Assembly (NCBI GenBank): GCA_028534125.1
Contig: CM052818.1
Location: 5,520,001-5,584,000, forward strand
Reading direction: 5' to 3'
Source of the DNA: Lama glama
Taxonomy: Eukaryota
DNA: 64,000 bases
Part shown: in pieces, positions 24,000-36,849 of the stretch
Position numbering within the stretch: position 1 is the stretch's first letter
Layout: each line of letters starts with the position of its first letter
Notes under the pieces: generated by a model
Databases searched by the model: none
Told to the model about the DNA's origin: nothing
The model's input: only the letters and a program-made list of their open reading frames with translations
Made by a program: the position numbers and the translations under genes

Positions 24000-24195
24000 T
24001 CGGAGCTGCCTCTCCCAAGCTGTATGACCTCAGGCACGCTGTTCAACCTCCCTTAGCCTCAGTCTCCTCATTCACAAAATAGGGTTAATATGACCTGTGT
24101 CATAGAGATGCTGTGGGGTTCAATAAATGAGGTTATGAATTAAAAGCATCTGATGGAAGTGCCCAACAGATAGTAGGCATGCAATACACAATGGC
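24000..24195 (+). mobile_element. MIR SINE, followed by (TAA)n at ~24196-24230
   Basis: agctgtatgacctcaggca...aacctcccttagcctcagtctcctcattcacaaaatagggttaata. Confidence 0.85.
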
Positions 24196-24233
<38 letters not shown>

Positions 24234-24609
24234 TAATTTAGGCAGCTCCCATCACATTCTTAGTTCATTTGGGGTCATTTCCAGACAAGTTCTTCTCCCA
24301 CAGTTGGTATTAGTTTAATGAACAGCTGAGCCCAAACAGCTGAATTTTACACCACATCATTTTCAAAGGTGAATCACCTGGACATGTTACCTACTGAAGA
24401 CATCCTCCCCAAGTTCAGCAGCCTCAGCATCTTACCTCTCACCCTGTCTAATTCTTATAAATCACTACACATTCATTGTCTGATTGAGGCCGGCCCACTC
24501 TAAATTCTTTGGGAAAAGTTTTCCACCAGCTATAAATACCTAATTATAATCTCCACTAGGTTTATGCCGTCCCTAATCACCACAGGGAAGATCTTGTCAA
24601 ATTCAGGCT

Positions 24610-25170
24610 TCATTCATTTACTTACTCAGTAAGCATTTACTGGCCCTGTTACCATAACCAGACTCTGGGTGGGGTGCAGGAGTTGCCAAAATACAAGATC
24701 CAGTGTCTGTGTGCAGAAGCTTCCAGACCAGTGGGCAACAGGAAGACTGAAAGGGAGGTACGATATGGTGTGGCCAGTGCCACAAGAGGGACATGACGAG
24801 GGTCAGATGGCTCAGACGATGGCTGTCTTGTCCCCCTTCGAGGGTCAGGACAGGTTTCCTAGAGGATGAGGCCTGAGTTGAATGTATAGGAGGGGAAGGA
24901 TTTAGCCAAGCAGAGAAAGCAAAGGTGCATGTTAAGTTCACAGGAAAGACTCCATCCAAAGGCAAGCCATGGGGAAGGGAGGGGATGACAAATGAGGGAA
25001 GCATCGAGCTTGTTAGGGCCAGAGCCCAGCATGGGCCCACACATAGGGTCTGAACGCCATGCACACACGGCTACAGTACTCCAAACACAGACGAGCCATT
25101 GAAGGATTTTCCACAGGGAAGTAACCCGATCCGAATGGCATTTAGAAAGATGACTTGACTATAGCCTTGC
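24610..25170 (-). mobile_element. L2 LINE fragment
   Basis: ttcattcatttacttactcagtaagcatttactgg...ggtttcctagaggatgaggcctgagttgaa...gagccattgaaggattttccacagggaagtaacccgatccga.tggcatttagaaagatgac. Confidence 0.75.
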
Positions 25171-26119
25171 ATGGGAGCAGAGGAATGGTTCTTTTCAAGA
25201 AGCTTTCCAGTGTCACAGCTGAAGGCAAAGGAATCCAGAAGTTAAGTCCATGGCAGAAGGTTTCTTTGTGTGAGAGCTAGATTTTAAAGAGGTTACAATC
25301 GGGAGGAGACGTTACAACGGCCTTACGGTAAAACAGGTAACCTGAGTCATAGACTCGAGAGTTGGGTGAGACCCCACAAAGCCCCCTGGACCAGGTCCCT
25401 GCTGTGACGCTGCCATGGTGGTTCAGCTGGTAGAATGGTGCCGAGACAGCTGGGGCTGGGGAGCTGAAGTGACTGGCCACGGGACAGAGCCTCCCATCAC
25501 GGGTGGAAGCCAGGGGTGGGTTCCTGCGGATCCCATAGACCCCCACCCACTGCAGGACAGAAGCACTGGTTTCTCCCTTCAGATCTCCCGGAAGTAACAA
25601 CTGGACTCACTTTCTTGACACCCAGTCGTGTCAACAAGGATCCTCACATAGAATTTTTCTTCTATTCTCTCCATTGTGAAGAACGAGAGCCCCATGAGAC
25701 ACTCAGTCACTGCGCCCCGGGACCAAACATTTTCAAAAGGTTTAGTTTAAGACGAGTAGGATTTGCAGAGATGGCTCTTATTTTCTTAGAGATTTCTAAC
25801 GCGCATCAGGTCTTCTCAAGGGCTCTTGCTAATTCTCGAAAGTCAGGAAATACACAAAAACACTGATTTCCAGGGGAATGAGCCTTGAACCATTTCCTGG
25901 CCCTAGCCTATTACTTTATAAGGGGTAAGTCAAAATTGATCAGATTTGTCCAAGAGAAGAGCAAGGGAAGTATTCTTGGATGAAAGGAGAAATGGAGAAA
26001 TCTAAGATAAGAATGAGTATGAAAGACCAAAGTTGCAGAGGTGGACAAGGGTGTTCTCTCGTCACGACAAAAGAAGATGAGACCATACATAACAACAGGC
26101 AGGAGTTTTGTTTCATTGT

Positions 26120-26310
26120 TCAGTAATAACTACAGCTAATATTTCTATAGTGCTTATCATGTGCCCACTACATGCATTAACTCTTGAGGTTCTCACAACA
26201 CCCCAAGGAGAAGGATGCTATTATTGTGCCCATTTTACAGGTGAGAAAACTGAGGCCCGAAGAGATTGTGTAATCCACCCCCGTCATACAACTAGAAATA
26301 ACATCCAGGG
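26120..26310 (-). mobile_element. MIR SINE
   Basis: tattattgtgcccattttacaggtgagaaaactgaggccc. Confidence 0.82.
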
Positions 26311-27394
26311 AATTTGGCTTTTAACATGACATGGGGAAGAGTTGCATTTAGCTGTATTTAGACTTTGTGAATAGCAGATGCAAACAGGATTTTAAAATCA
26401 TTTGTTCTGAGTTGAAAACACATGCCCTGGCCTTCATTCACACCTTGGGGAATTTCACTTTTAATGTCTTGGTTGTGCTTCCTCGTGGCCCTTGTGATTT
26501 TCAAAAGTATAATTGGAAAATAGAAAATAATTATGAATATCGGCTGTTAGATTAAACAGCTGCTTAACTTGGGCAAACTCAGATCAAATTAAGGCTGAAT
26601 CTCTTCCTTATGAAAATTTTACTTATTTTATGTGTCAGAATTTGTTTTTGTTCTTGTTGAACTCCAGGACTTAGAAGGAGACATATTTATTTAGTTTGGC
26701 CCAGATCTAGTATGTGTCACTCGGTCTATTCTTTTCAGTTTATTGTATCTCTTAATCTTCTACATATGCAACCAGGGACCTCAGTGATGAGGGCACTGGA
26801 AAAATCTAAACAAGCAATAAATTCTGGCCACACAATTCCCTATAAATGGAGTGCTTAATAACATAAAGCTTGGAAATGTGATGTTGGAATGATCAGACCT
26901 TTATGAAGTCACCAAATTATAAATTTCCAGGGCTTGCTTTGACTGGTAATATTTTTTCCTTATTGTTGCCTGAAATGTTTGTGACCAGTATTTTGTACAT
27001 GATACAACAAAATAGTTCCTTGTTTTGAGAAGCAAATGTGATTCAGTATTAGATGGTTCAAATAAACCCAGAAGCCATGATGATTCACTTCTAATTGTGA
27101 AGCTTCAGTCCTACTCCCCCCTCTTCTTGGTTGCCCCACTGGAGTTCGGAAAACTAGCTTTGGTCTCTATCCTTGGCACTGACTGCACACCCTCACGGAA
27201 AGCTCCCATGAACTTCCACCTGGCACAGGCCCTAGGACCCTCAGGTGGCACTTGGGAATCTGCCCTTGAGGATACCTGGTACCAGGAACAACTGGACACC
27301 AGCACTCCAAATTGTTGATAATCTCAACTGGCATAGAACTTTGTTTTAACTTATTTTTCTACCCCTGGCTCTTGTTTTTGCCTTGTATAGTCCA

Positions 27395-27520
27395 TACCAT
27401 TCAGCCATTCCACAAGTGTTTATTAAGTACCTACTCTGCTCCAAGGACAGAGGGAAGGATGGTAACTTAGAAAGACGTAGCCACTATCCACACAGAGCTG
27501 ATGTCCTGGAAGGGTCGGTG
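27395..27520 (-). mobile_element. L2 3' end fragment
   Basis: cattcagccattccacaagtgtttattaagtacctactctgctccaagg. Confidence 0.65.
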
Positions 27521-27658
27521 CAGGAACAATAAGGCATGAAGGGTAGATAAAGGCACAGAGACTATATATATCAGAATAAATATGCTGAAATGTTGAAATG
27601 ATTCTCCTTAAGTGAAGGGAATTTGGTTCATTCTTTCAAATTAAATACTATATTTCAG

Positions 27659-27815
27659 CAACGGGGAGGATATAGCTCAGGTGGTAGAGCACATGCTTAG
27701 CATGCACAGGGTCCTGGGTTCAATCCCCAGTACCTCCTCTAAAACTAAATAAATAAACCTAATTACCTCCCTCCCCCCCAAAATAAAATTAAAATAAGTA
27801 AAAAATGAAAATTAA
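27659..27815 (+). mobile_element. Camelid-type tRNA-derived SINE with target-site duplication (TSD)
   Basis: Reads ggggaggatatagctcaggtggtagagcacatgcttagcatgcacagggtcctgggttcaatccccagtacctcc plus an A-rich tail. The 16-bp TSD aaatact[a/g]tatttcag lies at 27643-27658 and 27816-27831. Confidence 0.93.
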
Positions 27816-29113
27816 AAATACTGTATTTCAGGGTCTTTCCAAGTTTAATTTAATGGGCAAAAATATTTTATAAAGGGAATATTAAGAATAAAATGTATTT
27901 TGAACCTATTCAGATACTTCAGTTTAAAGATTGTTTTCTTTTTTACTAATATCAAAAATAAATATTCATAGTTACTCTGTTACGAAGTACCGTTTTTCAG
28001 ATGATGACTCTAGACCCCATTCAACTATGCCACCGTTGGCTGCCTTAGATAAACACACTTCCCAGTTTTAAAAGGTCTTAGGCAGCCCTCACCTCCACAT
28101 TGCCCCCCACCCCATGAAATCTCAGCGACCCCTTTCTTCCCCCTCTCAACTTCATGAGCAGACACTGAAGAATTTAAACTATAGTCACATGAAGCTTTAG
28201 GCTATTCTGTGAATTTATCCTCAGATTCTCTCTCTGGAAGCTCTGCTGTCAACAAAACAACAAATAGATCACATTTATTTATATAAGAGAAATCAACAAG
28301 ATCATCAATTATAACAAGACAGAAAATCTTGACTGTGTCCAAAGACCAAGATGATGTAGAGGGAAGCCAGCCAACCTGAAGCTGCATCCAGAACCTTTTA
28401 CAAACACTCTGCTACTGGTACCTATTTGATCTTCCAATTTGAAGGTAGAAGTTTGCCATCTTCATTTCTTTGTCATGTTAAGACGAAATTAAGAATAATT
28501 TCTTCAGGTGTTAAATACATTTTTCTAATAATAAAAGTAATAACACATGTTCATTAGACACAACTTACACCGTCCAGGAAAAGTTTATTGAAGACAACAA
28601 AAGCCTACGTAATCCAACTGAAAGATGCTCACTTCCACCTTTGAGTCACTGTAGAGTTGGTTTTATACTGGTCATATGGTACATTCTGCTCTTTGCGCTT
28701 AGCTTTATGTTGGGAGCATGTCGCTACTTACACACAGATTTCTTTTCATGGCTTTATAATATGCTAGTGAATGGATATACTACTTATTTAATGATTTTTT
28801 TATGTATAGTTAGATGGCACCTATTATTTTGCTATTATAATGAATGTTTTGCATTATACATACATAAAAGGACGCTCATAATAATAAAGATAAAATTAAA
28901 AATTTGAAGACACTTGAACATGTTTCTGCAGGTTCCAAATCGCAAATTATCCTTGTCTCCCACCCTTATGGTGCTTTTTAACATGACCAACTTATACTTG
29001 TTAATGCATCAACTTTTCTGTTACCTATTTTCAAGTTTGTTTTAACATGATGCTTTATTTCACACAAATTCCTTCATGGAACTGGGAAGTTTTTAATGCC
29101 TTTTAATGCAGTA

Positions 29114-29659
29114 TGTATTAGTTATCTTTACTGAATAATAAATTATTCCAAAACTTAGCCTAAGGCAACAAATATTTACAATCTCACACCATTTCTGTGC
29201 ATCAGATACCCAGGTGCAAGGTACCTAGGCAATTCTAATTCAGGGTCTCCTATGAAATTCTAGTTAAGCTATCAACCTACAGTCAACCTACAGTCATCTC
29301 AAGACCTGAGGGGCTGGAAAATTCACTTCTGGGCTTACTCACATGGTTACTGGTAGACCACAGTTTCCAATTGGCTGTTGGCTAGCGGTCTCTGTTCCTC
29401 ACCTTACTGGCCTCTCCAGAGAGATGCTCAGTAAGGCAGGGTGAGAGAGCTAAAAGAGGCAGAGAGAGAGAGAGGATGCCACCAACAGAGGCTACTGTCT
29501 TTTGTAACCCATACCATCATGTTTGCCATATTCTCTTGGTCACAACTACCAACCTTGGTACGGTGTGGGAGAGGACCATACGAGAGTGTGAAGACCATAA
29601 GAAGGAGGTCATTGGGACTTTATATTGAAACCATGCAATCTTAGAGACTGACTACCACC
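29114..29659 (-). mobile_element. MLT1 (ERVL-MaLR) solo LTR
   Basis: tgtattagttatct...aattattccaaaacttagc...caacaaatatttacaatctcaca...cttactcacatggttactgg...tgtgggagaggaccatacgagagtgtgaagacca...gactgactaccac. Confidence 0.82.
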
Positions 29660-29834
29660 TAGAGTCATTTTTATGAGGACCCAAAATGTGTGTGTGATAA
29701 TCTTCTGTCAAAAACTTCTTCGTGCGCTGCTACTCAGAAGCGTCCCACTACTTAGGAAACTTGAATATTCACGTGTCCTACAACTTCACCTCCTAGATTT
29801 AACTTCCTAGGGAGAGTCTTTCAGCCTTTCTCAT

Positions 29835-30365
29835 CTGCACCAGGGCAAATATACAAGAATGTTCTCTGCAGCAGTGTTTGTAATAGCAATCGATCAATAA
29901 CAGTCCAGATGCCAATCAGTAGAAAAACAAATTACAAAGTTAACTGTGGGGTCTGCTGTAATAAAATGCTATACACCAGTGAAACTGACTGAACTAAAGC
30001 TACACACATCAATCCAGTTGCATCTGCCGAATAAAAAAAGCAACACACAGAGAATGCATATACCACCATTCCATTAATATCAAATTCCTAAAAGATAAAA
30101 CCAAGTAACATATTGTTAAGTGGTACAATTATAAGAACTAAAATGATGAAGTGAAGAAAGCATATGATGATCTCAAGGTCAGGAGAGCAGTAACCTGCTG
30201 GGGGAGGGGGGGAGGAGGCTTCCAGGAGACACTTTGGAATGGGTACCATTTTGGTTTTTAATCTGGGGTGGTAAGCACACAGGTGTTCACCTTATTTTTT
30301 TTTCATCTACATAACTGTTTATACACTCTCATATAGGTATATTTCACAATAAAGTAAATGAATAA
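29835..30365 (+). mobile_element. Old L1ME-like 3' region
   Basis: atatacaagaatgttctctgcagcagtgtttgtaatagcaa...accaccattccattaatatcaaatt...tttaatctggggtggtaagcacacaggtgttcac...atatttcacaataaa. Confidence 0.7.
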
Positions 30366-30414
30366 AAGCACGCTGTATAGTAAAAACATTACAATAATAC
30401 TTTCAACAAGAAAA

Positions 30415-30690
30415 GAGCAATTAACACGTATTAAGCACTCACTGTGTGACAGGCACTGTGATAAGCATGTCAAGCAGTTTTGTCTCCATTTAATTCATTG
30501 CTGAATTCATTAATTTTCACAACAGGTAGAATGTTAAAATTCTTTTTTTCCCCTCATTTGCCAGATGAGAAAACTTACACTTACAGAAAGGAAAGCATTT
30601 GCCCCAGGTCACTCAACCAAGATGTCACAGAGCTAGGATTTGGACCCAGGCCCCAGGCAGAATAATTCTGAAGCCAACTGTCCTAACGGC
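30415..30690 (-). mobile_element. MIR SINE
   Basis: attaagcactcactgtgtgacaggcactgtgataagca...ctcatttgccagatgagaaaact...tttgccccaggtcactcaacc...cagagctaggatttggacccagg. Confidence 0.82.
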
Positions 30691-30939
30691 TAAATTAAAA
30701 GTAAGATTTGTTCCTAGATTTAGCTCCATGTGTCAAATGACAAAATGAAACACTAAACTGCTCAAGCACTGGAATCATGTCTGAAGAGAGAACTGGTCCT
30801 TGCACAGGTGAACAGGCCAACTCACCATCTCTCCGGGAGCTCCCGGCTCTCGTGCTGTTCCCTGGTGAGGAAACAGCCCTAGTCCTTCTCCCAGGATCCC
30901 AGGCTCGCCTCTCTTGTAAACACGAACTGAGAACCAGGA

Positions 30940-31165
30940 CATACTCACTGAGCATTTACTGTAAATCAGACATCCATCTAAGTGCTTAGATGTGCTAACT
31001 CATTGGATGCTCACAACCGTCGTTGGTGGTACATGTGACTATGATGTTCATTTTACAGGTGAGAGAACAAGCTCCGAGAAAATTGTTCCCAACAGTTCCG
31101 CAGCTGGCAGGTTTCAGCTCAAGGATTTAAACCCAGGCACTCTTATTCCCACGCCTGTGGTCGTA
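30940..31165 (-). mobile_element. MIR SINE
   Basis: cactgagcatttactgtaaatcagaca...cattttacaggtgagagaacaagctccgaga...aggatttaaacccaggca. Confidence 0.78.
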
Positions 31166-31689
31166 GTCACTAATATCCTGCCCCCCATGACATACTATGC
31201 TTGGAGTAAAGGCAGATAAGGGAAAAACTGGCTCCTTTCCTAAAGAACTGTATCAAATATAGAGATCTCACTGATACTCTAAAGAATTTCCATTATCAGA
31301 CTTTCTTCAGGTGTCAGAAAAATGTAATATTTACCACGTGTACTAGGAAAAAACATGACGGCTTCATTCTGGACACACTAAGAACAATACAATTACGCTT
31401 GAGCTTTTTATTTAAATTTAACAAGTCTTTCTCATCTTAAGCTAACGAGAGTTAATTCAACTAGTTAACAGCGTGATAGGCATTTGAATCACATTTACTT
31501 GAAGTCATTTTTTAAGAGTGAGGAGTGGCGTTTTATATATTAATCTAAATTTGGGGGTCTCCCACTATTTGTGAGGTCCTAGGACAAAAGACATCAAGTT
31601 GAAAAACACACAGTCACTGCCCAGAGGAGTCCACCACCTCGCATTTACCATGCATATAATGCAGTGCATATGGTTACCATTCAACATGT

Positions 31690-32165
31690 CAGGTTCTAAA
31701 ACAGAGGAATACACACCACAAGAGACCAATATGATTTATGCCACACTAAAAAATAGGTGACTTTTGAACTGAGCCATACAGGGTAAGTGTCCATCACTAG
31801 ATGGGGACGGAAAGGAAGGGCATTCCTGGTAGGGGGCACAGCACAGCCAAAAGTCTGGAGGCACAAAAGCATGTCACATGTGTAATTTTTTGCTGCCAGA
31901 GTGCAAATTGCTTGGGGGGACGTGGTCAAAAATGACCCTGGGAAGGCCAGTTGGCAGGGGACTCTGAAGGCCTTTGCCCGACTCAATAGGTAGGCTTGAG
32001 GGCAACAAAGAGACTTGAAAGATTTTGAAGCAGGAGAGTATCATGGTTATTGTTTTATAATAATAACGCTGGTGAAGCAAGGAGGCTGCATTATAGATGG
32101 GAGAGAAACCAGCTGAAGGCCATTGTAACAGTCCTATCGAGCAGTACCAGGAGTCTGAACTAGGC
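31690..32165 (-). mobile_element. L2 LINE fragment
   Basis: ggtgacttttgaactgagcca...ggaagggcattcctggtagggggcacagcacagccaaaagtctggaggca...gattttgaagcaggagagtatcatgg...ggccattgtaacagtcc. Confidence 0.75.
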
Positions 32166-32189
32166 TACCTTCTGAAACAAGTAGTATTT

Positions 32190-32890
32190 CAGACCCCATT
32201 TTACAGATGAGAAAATCAAGGCACAGCATTATAATGAAAAAGAATATGAAAAGGAATATATATATATATATATATGTATACATGAATCACTATACTGTAC
32301 CCTGGAAATTAACACAACATTGTAAATTAACTATACTTCAATTTAAAAAATCAAAGAATAAAATAGTTTCATTTGCTGCAACATGGATGGACCTGGAGAT
32401 CGTCATTCTAACTGAAGTAAGGCAGAAAGAGAAAGAAAAACCATTTGATATCACTTATGTGTGGAATCTAAGTGGGGGAAAGGGCCACAAATGAACTTAT
32501 TTACAAAACAGAGACAGACTCATAGACATAGAAAACAAACTTATGGTTACCAGTGGGGAAGGAGGAGGGTGAAGGGATAAACAGGGAGTTCGAGATTTGC
32601 AGATACACATTACTATATATAAAATAGATAAACAACAAGATCCTACTGCACAGCACAGGGAACTATATTCAATATCTTGTAAAAACCTATAACAAAAAAG
32701 AATATGGAAAGGAATACACATATATGTGTATGACTGAATCTCTATGCTGTACACCTGAAATTAACACAACATTGTAAACCAACTATACTTCAATTAAAAA
32801 AAAGAAAATCAAGGCACAGAGGAGGAAAGCACCCTGTCCAATGCTGCACGGCTAGTAAACAGGGGAGGCAGGATTCAAACCCAGCTAGAG
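32190..32890 (-). mobile_element. MIR SINE split by an L1 insertion
   Basis: The left half is ccccattttacagatgagaaaatcaaggcacag and the right half is agaaaatcaaggcacagaggagg...gcacggctagtaa...ggcaggattcaaacccag. Confidence 0.8.
32227..32802 (+). mobile_element. Camelid/artiodactyl L1 3' ends (two in tandem) with a 17-bp TSD
   Basis: Contains atttgctgcaacatggatggacctggagat...acagactcatagacatagaaaacaaacttatggttacca...ctatacttcaattaaaaaaaa. The TSD agaaaatcaaggcacag lies at 32210-32226 and 32803-32819. Confidence 0.92.
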
Positions 32891-33279
32891 GGACAGTAAC
32901 GCCCTGCACGTGTCACTGCCCTCCCAGGCCTGCGGATGGTCGCGGATGGTCGCGGTAGTGGGGAAGGGAGACAGTCAAGACAGCTGGAGCCTGGAGCTTG
33001 AATTACAGGTCAGAGCAGGCGATTCTCCTAGGATACACCACGCGGATCACAGAGAGGAAGCAGGTCGGGTGAGGAATCAATGAATTCACAGAAATCAAAG
33101 AGGCCTGTGAGAGCCAGGCCGTGACCCCAGAGGGCTGTTGGAGAAAATGCCGGAACTAGACTTCAGCAGAGGGGTGGGTGGGAGGAAGTCAACCCAGACC
33201 CCGAATGTTCTGCGAAATAGACACCATTGCACCCAAGACCCACATCCTGGAGGCACAGAACCCATGGGAGGCAGCTCAG

Positions 33280-33510
33280 AGGAGAGAGTTCTTGAGCCAG
33301 ACTCCACGTTCAAATTCTGAGCTGAAACGTATGTTCTGGGAGATGTTTCTTCACTTTTCCAACCAGAGCCTTTCATTTATAAATGGAGACGGCAATACTT
33401 GATTTGCCACGTTGTTGTAAGGATCAAAATGAATATGTAGCTGAAGCCCCTAGTAGGTTGCTTTCCAAAAGTAAGTGCTCAATAAATTACTCACTGTTAC
33501 TATTATTACC
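33280..33510 (+). mobile_element. MIR SINE
   Basis: ttgagccagactccacgttcaaattctgagctg...cctttcatttataaatggagacggcaatact...gttgttgtaaggatcaaaatga...agtaagtgctcaataaatt. Confidence 0.75.
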
Positions 33511-34227
33511 ATGTAAGGGGTTTGTGGAAGGTGAGGCTAGAATGTGGAAAACTCTGTGGGCAGCCAGCCCAATTACTCTTTTGGCAGTTTTCCCCATAAA
33601 ATCCTCTTACCTACGAGGAATTTTCACTCGTTTTTCAACCCAAGAAGCTCCTTTTGAGGAACGTGAATTAACCTTAAAAACAAAACAAAAATCAGTTCTC
33701 CATTTGCCAAAAGAATAGCCTAGAGAAATTAGATTAAAATTCTGTATATATACATGATAAAATACAAAATATGGATTGAAAACAAAGCCAGTGCCACATT
33801 TCCCAGCGTCTTCAATGACTAAGGCAAATTTGCGGTGTGGTTCGTCGCCTCTAAGGCAGACTCAGGGCGGAGGAATGGGGGAAAGTCTGTTCTCAGCCGT
33901 GGCCGCTTTGCTCAAGATTTTCCATTGCGACAGTATCTGTGTTCACAAAGGACACATCTTCCAAGAAGGATGGTCTTTCAGGAGTCACAGAAGACTCTGA
34001 GGTCTAAAAATCCAACAGAAAAGACGTGAACTTGGAAATGAAGTCGAAGCTTCAAAGGAAGGATATGTAAGCATGAATTTATCACTTTGTCACTCCTAAC
34101 TCCTTCAGACATATTTTATTTGGGGATTCGAGGTGGTGACTAACAGCATGGTTATTTAGCCAAAGACCTTAGGTTTGAAAAATTAGAGTAGAATAGAATT
34201 TCTGGTTAAAGGACTCTAATAATTCAC

Positions 34228-34228
34228 A

Positions 34229-34268
<40 letters not shown>
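34228..34268. repeat. (TC)n(CA)n microsatellite
   Basis: Seen directly. Confidence 0.95.
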
Positions 34269-34270
<2 letters not shown>

Positions 34271-34594
34271 CCTGCCCCACATATACAATGTTCAGTGCAC
34301 AAACCAATAGACTTAGGAAGAAGAAAGGACATTGGAAATAATTGAAATATATTGCTTCATTTGATTGCCTCTAAGATAATATGTTCAGAAAGGATGTGAG
34401 TATAAGCTACGTGAAAAAAGTTTAAAAAAATTATTTTTTAATTTTTAAAGAGGCAGTGCCAACCTCAGGCCTTAGAAATGAGGAGAGATGTTCCGAGAAG
34501 AAACTCTTTTTTCCTTCCCTACTCAAGATTCTCTTCCTTTCAGTTCTCTTCTCTGAACAGGGCGGCAGAGCCTCAGATTCTGCTGGCTCTCCAT

Positions 34595-34680
34595 CCTTCC
34601 ACGCCCCCGCCCCCACCGGCGCTTATCTGAATATATAAGCCTGCCCTTTGCTCAGATTTATGGGTTGGGCCAGAGCTGTG
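34595..34680 (+). promoter_or_regulatory. Candidate TATA-type core promoter (GC boxes, GATA, TATA)
   Basis: ccacgcccccgccccc (34599-34614), cttatct (34622-34628) and tatataag (34632-34639) occur in promoter order. Confidence 0.35.
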
Positions 34681-36849
34681 TGTATTTACAGTGTTCTGAC
34701 CTGAAGACCCCGGACTGAGGGAGAAGAGGAGGAAACGGGGCCCAATCCATAAACAGAGACAGATATGAGGGGGAGGGAGAGGGCCTCGCTAGCACTTAAC
34801 ATTTTTAACTATTTGGCCAAGCTTTAAGAATTAGTGATTAGATTAGAGCGAAAGAAAAACAAGAGATGTGGGTGCAGACTTGGCGGGGAGGACGCTGTGT
34901 TTTTGCTCTAGTTACTTGGAGGGTCTCAGTTGGGGTGGGTGGGAGCGGGGAGACCGGCTGAAAGCCAATTGACTAGTCAGATACAGAGGGAGCTATAAAA
35001 TGCTTTGGGGAGGCAGAGGGTCTGCAAAGAGACAAGGATCTACACGACATTAATAAGTTGGAAAATTTCTTCCAACCACAAGTTGGGTAAAGCAAGACAT
35101 CTTGCATTTTTTAAATCATAATGGGTTCTAGAAGAAAGATCGCCTGCTCCGTGCTTAAATGGGAACACATTGCCATAGATTACCAAAACCTAATCAATTT
35201 TGAGTTGAAATATTTTTCTCAGGGTCTGGTGGCCACTTGAAAGTAATTCCATTTTCAAGCAGGGCTGCTCGGCAAATGGACCACTTCTAGGCAGAACACC
35301 AGTTCAAATGGGAAATAAAGAGCAGTTGAACCGTAAGTGGGGCTTGGCACCCAAAACCCGAAGCCCTGTCTCCCAGGACCGCAACTTTACACAAGGGGAA
35401 AATTTTCGGAAGCACAATTTCTGTTTGGGCTATTCTCAAAGAATCTACTTGCTGGAAAAGCTTGAGTTCCTGTGGAAAAACTGACCTGCCGGCTGACTAA
35501 ATTAGAAATAATCTGGTATCAAAAGTAAAGACTACAGTAGTCACTGGAGATCTTAGAAACAAAGCAACCGGGACACACAGTAAGTGGACCGGCCACAAAT
35601 CAATTTTCATCGAGACAGAGCAAAGAGCTGTGACATCGTGACTTAACCCAAGATGGGAGAATTCGGAAAATACCATGGATTTGCTTCTCTTTATGCGTTT
35701 TAATCGAAAGCGACCAGGTTCCCACAATGTTACCTGTTAAAGCAGCAGCTAGTCTGACGACGCTTGTTTAATTGGGATTTTTTGTTTTCTAGGCTATGTT
35801 CTGGGTAATGAAGAATATAACAATTATAGCCCATTCTAAATGGGTGTATATGACTTGGATTGACTTATGACTAATAATTGCATGAGAAAATGCAAGTGCT
35901 TAACACCATGTGTGGCACTTCCTAAATGTTCACTTGTTTGTGAGTATTACATTATTATTAAAGTCATAAGCTGGAAATCAAAAGTAAAATGGATTCTACA
36001 ACTGAACTTTGAAAAAATTTATAATACAAAATCCACTGAAAGGCATTTTCTTTTCCATTTATGTTTGGCATTTTATGTTGCAAATCAAACATAAAATTCA
36101 AAGCAGCAGAGGTAAAGGAGGCATTTGAATTACTACATCGGTGCAAACCGACTATACAGCAGCGAAGACTTGGGCAAAAAGTGATGAATGAAAAGGGGGA
36201 CCCTAACAAGTCTGCATTTCTAAAGTCAAATGAAATGCACAGTGGTCTAGAAAGCTAACTTTTTCTTCCTCTTGTTTTTTGAACTCTGAAATAACCAACC
36301 TTCTGCTTTGTAAATAATGCACGCTCGAAACAGAGGCCAGTGCACGAGGAGTATTTAGGAGGAATTTGGGGACTATTACAGGGCAGCTAAAATGCTTTTT
36401 CTGTGTCATCTCTGGTTGAGATCCATTTGCCAGTGAAATCATTTTTTTCTCTAATGTGTGGATCGGAGCAACAGTTCAGATGTAACCATTTAGGAGAAGA
36501 GGCCGAGCTCAGTATGCCAGAAAGGGGAAAAAAAAAAAAAAACCACGCACCACAAAGAACATTGAGATGAATGGCACTATTTTATGAGCCATAAAAGTTT
36601 TATTCATCTTGACACTGAAACAGGTTTAGGCAGTGAGTTGACACGCCTTAAATAAATAAGTGGAATTAATTCCCCAGCCCTTGAAACAATGGCACCCTGC
36701 ATGTCGCAGGGAGAAATGCCCCATTGTTTCCTGTGGTTGCCTGAGATTGATATTATTTGTGTTTTTCTGTGCTGCTGCCTCAGGGGCCTGGTTGATCCAC
36801 TTCAGATCCATCCCCTGTTTTATTAGAGGTTGAAAAAGGTTCAAGACCT

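Noticed and set aside
27663..27735. tRNA gene (also 17252-17325 and 4950-5030)
   Set aside because: These are tRNA-like heads followed by SINE bodies and A-rich tails, two with clear TSDs, so they are SINEs rather than functional tRNAs.
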